53,856 bases of DNA from a virus (lineage: Duplodnaviria > Caudoviricetes), in the IMG/VR virus record IMGVR_UViG_3300033076_000478, positions 1 to 53,856 of that record; one strand, 5' to 3'. The notes beneath the pieces were generated by a model. That model worked only from the letters and a program-made list of their open reading frames with translations. It was not told where the DNA came from and searched no databases. The translations under genes were made by a program, and so were the position numbers. Every line of letters starts with the position of its first letter. Within the stretch, counting starts at the first letter, position 1. Shown here piece after piece: positions 1-8,001 of the stretch.

Positions 1-38
1 GTGACCGCTGTCGTCGCCCTTGCGGTGTGGGTGTTCTC

Positions 39-515
39 GTGATCATCAACGGAATGGATTTGCTCAACGCAGCACCGATCAAAGACATGCTGCCGAACAA
101 GGTGCGCGGCCCGCTGACCAGTCACGGGCTGGCAGAGGCTGGCTACGACATCCGCATCAAGCAGGAGATCATCTTCCGGTCGGACGGCGACAACATGACG
201 GTCAACGGCCGCCGTGGGAGCTTCACGCTGGCCAGCGCCATCGAGGAGTTCAGCATGCCGAACGGGCTGGTGGGCGTGGTGCATGACAAGTCGACGTGGG
301 CGCGCAAGGGCCTGTCGGTCTTCAATACCGTGATCGAACCGGGATTTTTTGGTGGTCTAACGCTTGAGTTGGTGTACCACGGCCGCGAGGAGCTGGTAAT
401 CCCTGCTGGCTCTGGGATCGCTCAAGTCCTGTTTCACAAACTGGTACAGGATGCTTCGTACGATGGAAAATACAACGGACAGTCTACAGACCCCACTCCG
501 TCTATCTTTGGATGA
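39..515 (+). CDS. dCTP deaminase / trimeric dUTPase family protein
   Basis: GYD, DKSTWARKG, VIEPG(F)FGGLTLEL, IAQVLF and YDGKY motifs. GTG at 39 overlaps the TGA (40-42) of a truncated upstream ORF. Confidence 0.85.
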   Translation: MIINGMDLLNAAPIKDMLPNKVRGPLTSHGLAEAGYDIRIKQEIIFRSDGDNMTVNGRRGSFTLASAIEEFSMPNGLVGVVHDKSTWARKGLSVFNTVIEPGFFGGLTLELVYHGREELVIPAGSGIAQVLFHKLVQDASYDGKYNGQSTDPTPSIFG

Positions 516-1095
516 AAACGTAAAGACATGCCGCAAATGCGGCGTGTCTTTTCCGGCAAGCGCCAAGTTCTTTTACCGAAACCCCGGTGGAAGGTTTGGC
601 CTCACGCCTCGCTGTAAGTCATGCGTGGACGAGGACAACAAGGCTTCACTTGCCAAAAGACTTGCCGCCAGTCCTGATGCAGTTCGCGCTCGAGCCAACG
701 AAAGGGCGAAGCGACACTATTGGAAGAACATCGAGAAAAACCGCAAAAAACAGAGGGAGCATCAAGCAAAGAGGCTTGCTGACCCCGAGATGAGAAAGAC
801 AATTCAAGCGAGGAAAAGGGGTGGGGGTGCTAGGTTAACGCCTGAGCAAATCGAAGAGATTTTTCAATCCCAAGGCCGGGTGTGCGCTATCTGCGGATCA
901 GACCACGCTGGGTCCAAGGGAGGGTGGAACCTAGACCACTGCCATAAAACTGGAAGGGTTAGGTTCATCCTGTGTGCACACTGCAACAGGGGGCTTGGAG
1001 CATTCAAGGATAACCCTGAAACGATGAGGAAAGCCGCAGATATGATTGAAAAGATGAACCAAGCCGACAAGCCGGTGGGAGCGATCAATGGGTAA
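508..1095 (+). CDS. HNH homing endonuclease, endonuclease VII-like
   Basis: CAIC...DHCHKTGRVRFILCAHCNRGLG motif, N-terminal CxxC, AT-richer than its flanks. Start uncertain (TTG 508; the ORF opens at 451). Confidence 0.85.
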   Translation: MDENVKTCRKCGVSFPASAKFFYRNPGGRFGLTPRCKSCVDEDNKASLAKRLAASPDAVRARANERAKRHYWKNIEKNRKKQREHQAKRLADPEMRKTIQARKRGGGARLTPEQIEEIFQSQGRVCAICGSDHAGSKGGWNLDHCHKTGRVRFILCAHCNRGLGAFKDNPETMRKAADMIEKMNQADKPVGAING

Positions 1096-1525
1096 GGCTT
1101 CGCAGAACGACTATTGCGCCGAGTGCGGAAATTTCTTCCTGAGGGGAAGCGCTCATGAGTGCGACAAGGCCCTTCCCGAGACCTTAGCGCCCGATCCTTC
1201 CGAGGGGCGCAAGGACGACGCCGGCAAAGCCCGCTATGACCTCCTGCCGCCGGAGCTTCTGGAGGCGGCCGCCGACATCCTGACCTTCGGCGCGGCGAAA
1301 TACGGTGAACGCAACTGGGAAAGGGGCATGAAGTGGGGGCGTCCCTTCGCTGCCTGTATGCGCCATCTCTGGGCGTGGTGGCGCGGCGAAAAGGCTGACA
1401 AAGAGACCGGAAAGTCGCACCTGTGGCATGCTTGTGCATGTATTGCTTTTCTGATAGCCTTCGAGCAAAGGGGTATCGGAACAGATGACAGACCAAAAAC
1501 GAAGAATGGCAGTATGCTGCCCTAG
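1088..1525 (+). CDS. dATP/dGTP diphosphohydrolase domain protein (DUF5664-like)
   Basis: GRKDDAGKARYDLLP...GAAKYGERNWERG...RHL..WWRGE..DKETGKSHLWHA signature. Confidence 0.85.
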   Translation: MGKASQNDYCAECGNFFLRGSAHECDKALPETLAPDPSEGRKDDAGKARYDLLPPELLEAAADILTFGAAKYGERNWERGMKWGRPFAACMRHLWAWWRGEKADKETGKSHLWHACACIAFLIAFEQRGIGTDDRPKTKNGSMLP

Positions 1526-2018
1526 CGCGCCACACCTGTCGAACGGTTTGTGTGCCAAGCACTATCAACGTCGGAAGGCTTGGCTTTCCGGCGTTGCATC
1601 CTCAAATCCGGATGAAATTCCGTGGCTTGATGAAATTGTTGAAAATGAAAAGATTGAAAAAGCAAAGCGTTCTGCTGAAAAACATCTGAAAAGAATAGAA
1701 AGAGCAAACAATAAGAGAACCGCCTCAAAAGGATATCGAAAATACACCACAAAATACAGATACGGTGTATCACAAGAGTTCATTGATGACATGAAGGCAT
1801 CCCAAGGGGGCGCATGCTTTATCTGCGGTGCGGTTGGAGTTCTGTACATAGACCACTGCCATACCACTGGAAAAGTTAGGTCTTTGCTCTGCCCCGGATG
1901 CAATACAACGGTTGGCGTACTCGAAAGCAAGCCCGACATTGTGGAGAAGGCGCGCGCCTATATAGAGAAGTTTACCTTCCAAAGCCGCAAAGCTGGCAAG
2001 GACGACAGGCCCACATGA
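1485..2018 (+). CDS. HNH homing endonuclease, endonuclease VII-like
   Basis: CFIC...IDHCHTTGKVRSLLCPGCN motif, N-terminal C..C...LCAKHY, AT-rich. Confidence 0.85.
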   Translation: MTDQKRRMAVCCPSAPHLSNGLCAKHYQRRKAWLSGVASSNPDEIPWLDEIVENEKIEKAKRSAEKHLKRIERANNKRTASKGYRKYTTKYRYGVSQEFIDDMKASQGGACFICGAVGVLYIDHCHTTGKVRSLLCPGCNTTVGVLESKPDIVEKARAYIEKFTFQSRKAGKDDRPT

Positions 2019-2043
2019 CAAGGATGGCCGTGCCTGATATGAT
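2015..2043 (+). promoter_or_regulatory. sigma70-like promoter upstream of portal
   Basis: ATGACA-N17-TATGAT, followed by a GAGGGG RBS before ATG 2074. Confidence 0.45.
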
Positions 2044-2073
2044 GGCGCGGCCATTATCTTTGAGGGGATCACC

Positions 2074-4401
2074 ATGCCGCTTGTTCCGGGCCTTTCGCCG
2101 TCCATTCGCATGCACGACGAGGAGCAGGCTGATGACGAGATGTCGCCGATGGACGTTCAGGTTCTGAACGCCGACGACGACGTTGACGTTCCTGAGTTCG
2201 CGCAGGATGGTTCGATCCTCAAGATTGACCATGCCGATGGCTCGATCACCCTGAGCCTTGACGGCAAGCCCATTGAGAGCGCCACAGACGCCGCCAACGA
2301 GCCTGCTGGGTGGTTCGACAACCTAGCCGACAAGATCGACAGGGATGAGCTTTATCGCATCGCAGATGACCTTCTGCGGGGCGTGGAGGACGACCTGTCC
2401 AGCCGTGTCGAATGGATTGACGACCGCGCCAACGGCATCAAGCTTCTCGGCCTTAAGGTGGAGCTTCCCGGCGTCCAAGGCGGCCCGGCTGATGGTGCGC
2501 CGGTCGAAGGCATGTCCAAGGTCCGACACCCGATCCTGCAGGAGGCGGTCCTGCGCTTCCAAGCGAACGCCCGCTCCGAGCTTCTGCCTACCGATGGCCC
2601 GGTCAAGATCCGCGACGACGCCAACGGTTCTCCGGTCCTGCGCGACCAGATCGCCGACGCTCTCCAGAAGGACTTCAACCACTACCTGACCGTGGTGGCG
2701 AAGGAGTACTACCCGGACACCGACCGCATGCTGCTGATGCTGGGCTTCGGTGGCACGTCCTTCAAGAAGGTCTACTTCTGCCCGCTGCGGAACCGTCCGG
2801 TCAGCGACAGCGTGGACGCCGATGACCTGATCGTCAACAACCGGGCGACCGACCTGTCCAGCGCGCTGCGGATCACCCACCGGGTGAACCTCAAGGCGTC
2901 CACCGTGCGCCGCCTGCAGATCCTCGGCGTCTACCGGGACATCGACCTGTCGACCCCCAACGAGACGACGCCTGACGCTGCGGCAGAGGCCAAGGCCGCC
3001 CAGCAGGGCATCAGCACGACGACCAACAACCCGAAGGACCGGGACCGCGAGATCTACGAGATCTACTGCGAACTGGACATCAAGGGGTTCGAACACAAGT
3101 ACAAGGGCAAGCCCTCTGGGCTGGAGATCCCCTACCGCGTGACCATCGACGTCTCCAGCCGCGAGGTGCTGTCGATCATCCGCAACTACGACCGGCCCGA
3201 GCCGGGCATGCTGCCCGAGGCGCGTACGACGTTCGTCAAATACACCTTTGTGCCGGGGATGGGCTTCTACGACATCGGCCTGCTGCACATCCTCGGCAAC
3301 ACCGCCAACGCCATCACTGCCGCGTGGCGTGAGCTTCTGGACGCTGGCATGTACGCCAACTTCCCGGGCTTCCTGATCAGCGATGTAGGGGCGCGGCAGA
3401 ACACCAACATCTTCCGCGTTCCCCCGGGCGGCGCGGCGCAGGTCAAGACCGGCGGCCAGAAGATCAGCGATGCCATCATGCCGCTGCCCTACAAGGAGCC
3501 GTCGCAGGCCCTGATGGGGCTGGTGGAGAACATGGCGCAGACTGGCATGCGCGTGGGCGGCACCAGCGAGTTGCAGGTCGGTGAGGGCCGGGCCGACGCA
3601 CCGGTCGGCACCACGCTGGCGATGATCGAGCAGGCCACCAAGATCCTGAACGCCGTCCACAAGCGGATGCACTCGGCGCAGGCCGAGGAGTTCCAGCTGC
3701 TGATGAAGTGCTTCCGGGAACACCCGGAGAGCTTCTGGGACCGCAACAAGAAGCCCACTGTCCAGTGGAACGAACAGCTTCTGCTGCAGGCGTTGAGCGA
3801 CAACGAACTGGTGCCTCAGGCCGACCCGAACACCGCCAGCCACAGCCAGCGCGTGATGAAGATCATGGCGCTGAAGCAGCTGCAGTCGTCCAACCCGCAA
3901 CTCTATGATCAGGTCGCGGTCGACACGGCGGCCCTGCGCGCCATTGGCTGGAACAACCCCGAGCAGTTCTTGGTGCCGGAAGGTCAGCGCAACCAGCCCA
4001 GCCCGGAGATGCTCAAGGGCATCGAGGATCTCAAGATCGCTCACCAGAAGGCCGACGCGGACACCATGCGGGCGCAGGCCGCCATGGCCAAAGCGCAGCA
4101 GCCCAACGCCCCCGCAGCTGGCCCGCAGCAGCCGCAGATGGATCCGATCAAGCTGATGTCCGAGCAGAACAAGGCCCGGCAGATGGAGCTTGCGTACCAG
4201 CGCGATCAGGCCAACGATGAGAACCGCGATCTGGATCGGATGGCGGATCTCCGTCTGGAGCAGATGCGCCTTGACCGGTCCCAGATGGATGACGCCGTCC
4301 GCATGCAGCACGAGAAGGACATGCAGATGGCGCAGCACCACAATGACGTCATCAAGCTGGCCATGCAGATCCAGAACGCCAAGAAGGAGCAGAAGAAGTG
4401 A
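2074..4401 (+). CDS. portal protein
   Basis: 775 aa; HPILQEAVLRFQA, GTSFKKVY, GFYDIGL and APVGTTLA motifs typical of podovirus-like portals; coiled-coil C-terminus. Confidence 0.85.
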   Translation: MPLVPGLSPSIRMHDEEQADDEMSPMDVQVLNADDDVDVPEFAQDGSILKIDHADGSITLSLDGKPIESATDAANEPAGWFDNLADKIDRDELYRIADDLLRGVEDDLSSRVEWIDDRANGIKLLGLKVELPGVQGGPADGAPVEGMSKVRHPILQEAVLRFQANARSELLPTDGPVKIRDDANGSPVLRDQIADALQKDFNHYLTVVAKEYYPDTDRMLLMLGFGGTSFKKVYFCPLRNRPVSDSVDADDLIVNNRATDLSSALRITHRVNLKASTVRRLQILGVYRDIDLSTPNETTPDAAAEAKAAQQGISTTTNNPKDRDREIYEIYCELDIKGFEHKYKGKPSGLEIPYRVTIDVSSREVLSIIRNYDRPEPGMLPEARTTFVKYTFVPGMGFYDIGLLHILGNTANAITAAWRELLDAGMYANFPGFLISDVGARQNTNIFRVPPGGAAQVKTGGQKISDAIMPLPYKEPSQALMGLVENMAQTGMRVGGTSELQVGEGRADAPVGTTLAMIEQATKILNAVHKRMHSAQAEEFQLLMKCFREHPESFWDRNKKPTVQWNEQLLLQALSDNELVPQADPNTASHSQRVMKIMALKQLQSSNPQLYDQVAVDTAALRAIGWNNPEQFLVPEGQRNQPSPEMLKGIEDLKIAHQKADADTMRAQAAMAKAQQPNAPAAGPQQPQMDPIKLMSEQNKARQMELAYQRDQANDENRDLDRMADLRLEQMRLDRSQMDDAVRMQHEKDMQMAQHHNDVIKLAMQIQNAKKEQKK

Positions 4402-7400
4402 ACGACAACGCTAAGGCTATTCGCTCTGCACTTCTGACCGCCCGCCGGGGCAGTGATAGCACAGCGGAAAACATCGCTGACTACGTGGCCGATCTGTTGC
4501 GTCAGGGCCGCGCCAATGAAGTCACCAATGACCTGATCCAGCAGGCTGACCCGCAGCGTCTGCATCACCACTACGTGTCCGGCAACACCGGCCAACCCAT
4601 GCCAATGGACCACGCAAGCCGGATGGCGCGGGCGGCGCAGATGGGGTTTACGGACAAAAGCTACCACGGCACCAAGGCTGACATTCACAGCGTTGGTCCG
4701 CTCCCTGCCAAGGGTACGACGTCCTCGATCTTCGGACCGCAGGATGTTGAGCGTCATGCGTTTTTCTCCTCGCCCGACAAGCGGTTTGCTTCCGATTTCT
4801 CTGGCTTCAACTCCAGTCGCCCCGGGAACCCGAACGTTCACCCCGTCATGACCCGGGGCCAACCCCTCGATCTTTCCGAAGGCTTCACCAAAAACGCCGA
4901 TGCAGACCGGCTGGTTGCGGCTGGCGCTGACCGTGGGTTTGTCCTCAACTACCTCGGAGATCCCGAGACCACTTGGGAACATTTTGACGACCAAAACGGC
5001 AAGGATTTCACTGACATCGCCAAGACGGCTGGATATGGCAAGGTGAACTTCCTTGAGCCGGACGCCGAAGGCCAGAACGTCCATTCCATCGCCAGCCTGA
5101 ACCCCACCGACATCCGCAGCCAGTTTGCTCGGTTCGACCCGCGCCTTTCGCATCTGTCACATCTGTCGGCGTCGACCGGCGGCACGATGGATCTTGCCCG
5201 GGCCGCACTCGCCCGCAAGCGCGCCGGCCCGGAGCATATGCCGCAGAGCGCGTACATGCCGGGTGTGCCGCGTCAGGTGGCTGGGAGCTATGCTGATGGT
5301 GGCAGCGCCTTGCCGAAAGGGTACAGCATTCATGTTGACCCGACGCGCCTTGGCGTTCTGGCCCATTATCGTGGAAAGCCTGTTGGTCAGCTTACGCTGT
5401 CGCGGGACCGCGACACTGGAGATCTTACGGCGTTCCAAATGGCCGTCAGCCCTAAACATCAGCGCAAAGGGTTGATGTCTGCCATGCACGATGCTGCGGA
5501 GCAGGCATTTGGTCCGGTGAAGCCCGATAAGACGCTTACGGATCAGGGCTTTGCTTTCTGGAAGGGTTACCGGCCCGAAGCGGTGTCCGACAACCTCAGG
5601 TTCCATGCTGACAAGCTGATTGGTCAGACGGTAAAAACCCCGTATGGCCCGGGCACCGTGAAGAGTGTTGGCCGCACCGGCATGAACGCCGACCTTACCG
5701 ACCCGGACCGCGCTGGATCTACCGCGTGGGCGCATATCAGGGATAATGAAGACGTTTTGAGGAACGTTGGGGTTGACCCGTCCACGCTGAAATATGCCGG
5801 TGGCGGCGCGGTTGAGGACAGCGACAACTTTCGCAACTGGTTCGGCAACAGCGTGACCCACACCAACGGGACGCCGCATGTCTTCTACCACGGCACCAGC
5901 AAGGACAAGGACTTCACTGGGTTCAACATGGGCCGGCACGGGGTTTGGCTGACCCGGGATCCTGAGGTGGCATCCCAATATGCTGACCAGAACGACAGCC
6001 AAAAGCACGTTTACGAGGGCGGCCGGTACCACAAGGTCAACACCGCAGGCCGCGTCATCCCCCTTTACGTCAAAGCCGAAAACCCCTACCGGGGGGAGTA
6101 TTCCGGGGCTGTGACCGGGAACTACAAAAAGGACCAATCCGACTGGTTCGACCTGCTGCGCCGCAATGGTCACGACGCTTGGATACCGGACAGCAGCAAC
6201 GGCGATCTGGCCGTGGCCCTGAAAGACCCGACCCAGATCAAGTCGATCTGGAACAATGGAAACTTCTCTCCAGCCCAGAAGCATGTGGGGAAAGCTGATG
6301 GAGGACAAGTCGATGAACAAGCTGCCGCCGGAGATCGCGAAGCTGGCCCCCAAGCGGGCGGACTTCCCGGATCAGGAGGAGTACGAGGAGGCGCTGGCCT
6401 TCTTCAAGCACCGGTACAAGCATCTGGCCAAGAAGACCTGATCGGGCTGCCGAAGAACGTCAAGCTGCCCAAGCTTGGCACGTCCATCGTGGCTTCGCAC
6501 GACCCCCGGATCCGCGCCGTAGCCGAGGACTACATGCGTACGGCTGGCATCCCCTACAACCCGCCGAAGACCTACCAGAAGGTGGATCCTGCGCGGGCCA
6601 AGCGGATCGCCGATGCATACGAGGCCATGCCCCACGCCCCGAATGACCCGCTTGTGAAGGCATCGTACGATGCATTGCTGCGGGAGACCAAGGGGCAATA
6701 CGAGGCCATGAAGCGCGCCGGGGTCAATCTGGAGTTCTACCCGGATCCGAACAACGACCCCTACAAGAGCAACCCGCGTCTGGCGGTGGAAGACCTGCGG
6801 CACAACAACCACATGTACGTCTACCCGACCGACGTGGGCTACGGGTCCGGCGAGGCGCTGTCTGGCGCTGACGAGAACCCCATGCTGCGCGACAGCGGAG
6901 AACGCTGGAACGGCAAGCCGGTGCTGTTCAACGACCTGTTCCGCGCCGTCCACGATTACTTCGGGCATGCCAAGGAAGGTGTCGGGTTCCGCGCCGACGG
7001 CGAGGAGAACGCATGGCGGTCCCACGCCGCGATGTTCTCGCCCCTCGCCCGGATTGCTCTTGGCACCGAAACCCGTGGCCAGAACAGCTGGCTCAACTAC
7101 GGCCCGCACGGCGAGAAGAACCGCACCGCGCCGACCGAAGACACGGTGTTCGCGGACCAGAAGCTGGGCGTCCTGCCTCACTGGGTCCACCATGAGGGGG
7201 CCGAGGACTTCATCAGCCCGCAGGAGCGGCAGGAGATGGCCCGGATCTATGCCCGCCACGGCAAGGCTGGTGGGGGCGCTGAGACGGGCGAGAAGTACCC
7301 TGTTTGGACCCGCAGCGAGTTCACCCCGGAAGGGTTCTCGAAGGCCCTCAAATCGTCTCCCTCGGCCTCCACGCTGACCCAGTACGACCCCTCAGAGGTG

Positions 7401-8000
7401 CGGACCCTGTCCAAGGCTGGCAAGTTCGAAGGCTACAAGCTGGCAGGCCATGACGCCTATTTCGGCATCAAGAACGGCGCGGACTACGCCGATGACTACG
7501 GTTTCGAGCATCCAGCCCTGACCGGCAAGGAGAAGGCCCTTGTCGGTGTCGTGAACAACGACAAGAGCGCCAGAGGCGTGGGCGACAGCCTCATGAAGGA
7601 GGCGATCAAGCGGGGCGTCAGCGTTCTGGACGCCTTTGCAGTGCCATCGGACAAGTTCCCGCAGGGCTTTCTGCCCCACTTCTATGGCAAGCATGGCTTC
7701 AAGGAGCTTGGCCGGATCCCGTTCGATCCGAAGTACGTGACGCCCGAGCAGTTCTCCGACATGAAGAAGTCTTGGGCGCAAGCGGGCTGGGACGAGAAGC
7801 GCCATCCGCTGCCTGACGTGGTGATCATGAAGCGGGCTGCCGGCGGCTTTGTTCCGGGCCAGCACCGCCTGACCGAACGCTTCCACAATGGCGGCGCTGC
7901 GGCGCTGATGAAGCGGCAAATCAGGCCGGTCAGCAAGGCTCTGGATTTGTCCCGGCGCGCGACTGGTGCTAGGATGACGCTCAAACTGCAAGGGGACTGA
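4398..8000 (+). CDS. large polyvalent protein: two ART-like domains, two GNAT-like domains, one putative zincin-like domain
   Basis: Two YHGT domains (the second FRNWFG...YHGT...PTQIKS), V.P.HQRKG, HDYFGH..GEE and FYGKHGF motifs; domains are separated by xxGG linkers. Confidence 0.7.
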   Translation: MNDNAKAIRSALLTARRGSDSTAENIADYVADLLRQGRANEVTNDLIQQADPQRLHHHYVSGNTGQPMPMDHASRMARAAQMGFTDKSYHGTKADIHSVGPLPAKGTTSSIFGPQDVERHAFFSSPDKRFASDFSGFNSSRPGNPNVHPVMTRGQPLDLSEGFTKNADADRLVAAGADRGFVLNYLGDPETTWEHFDDQNGKDFTDIAKTAGYGKVNFLEPDAEGQNVHSIASLNPTDIRSQFARFDPRLSHLSHLSASTGGTMDLARAALARKRAGPEHMPQSAYMPGVPRQVAGSYADGGSALPKGYSIHVDPTRLGVLAHYRGKPVGQLTLSRDRDTGDLTAFQMAVSPKHQRKGLMSAMHDAAEQAFGPVKPDKTLTDQGFAFWKGYRPEAVSDNLRFHADKLIGQTVKTPYGPGTVKSVGRTGMNADLTDPDRAGSTAWAHIRDNEDVLRNVGVDPSTLKYAGGGAVEDSDNFRNWFGNSVTHTNGTPHVFYHGTSKDKDFTGFNMGRHGVWLTRDPEVASQYADQNDSQKHVYEGGRYHKVNTAGRVIPLYVKAENPYRGEYSGAVTGNYKKDQSDWFDLLRRNGHDAWIPDSSNGDLAVALKDPTQIKSIWNNGNFSPAQKHVGKADGGQVDEQAAAGDREAGPQAGGLPGSGGVRGGAGLLQAPVQASGQEDLIGLPKNVKLPKLGTSIVASHDPRIRAVAEDYMRTAGIPYNPPKTYQKVDPARAKRIADAYEAMPHAPNDPLVKASYDALLRETKGQYEAMKRAGVNLEFYPDPNNDPYKSNPRLAVEDLRHNNHMYVYPTDVGYGSGEALSGADENPMLRDSGERWNGKPVLFNDLFRAVHDYFGHAKEGVGFRADGEENAWRSHAAMFSPLARIALGTETRGQNSWLNYGPHGEKNRTAPTEDTVFADQKLGVLPHWVHHEGAEDFISPQERQEMARIYARHGKAGGGAETGEKYPVWTRSEFTPEGFSKALKSSPSASTLTQYDPSEVRTLSKAGKFEGYKLAGHDAYFGIKNGADYADDYGFEHPALTGKEKALVGVVNNDKSARGVGDSLMKEAIKRGVSVLDAFAVPSDKFPQGFLPHFYGKHGFKELGRIPFDPKYVTPEQFSDMKKSWAQAGWDEKRHPLPDVVIMKRAAGGFVPGQHRLTERFHNGGAAALMKRQIRPVSKALDLSRRATGARMTLKLQGD
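6313..6441 (+). CDS. 42-aa small protein overprinted inside the polyvalent gene (different frame)
   Basis: GGAGG at 6300-6304, ATG 6313, nearly all codons end in G/C. The host frame over this stretch is a low-complexity linker. Confidence 0.65.
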   Translation: MNKLPPEIAKLAPKRADFPDQEEYEEALAFFKHRYKHLAKKT

Positions 8001-8001
8001 C

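Noticed and set aside
1088-1525. Z-genome (2-aminoadenine) pathway
   Set aside because: No PurZ or dedicated polymerase in the window; a DUF5664-like gene alone is insufficient.
451-2018. Group I introns carrying the HNH genes
   Set aside because: The upstream genes are complete with their own stops, and no intron core or non-coding space is visible.
2074-2091. Shared MPLVPG N-terminus of the portal and the 31165 protein
   Set aside because: Only six residues in two proteins; cannot be distinguished from chance.
2323-4341. Long antisense ORFs (also 15062-17245, 20218-21432, 40237-41958 and others)
   Set aside because: They are mirror frames of genes with strong G/C third-position bias, with no RBS or protein-like motifs.
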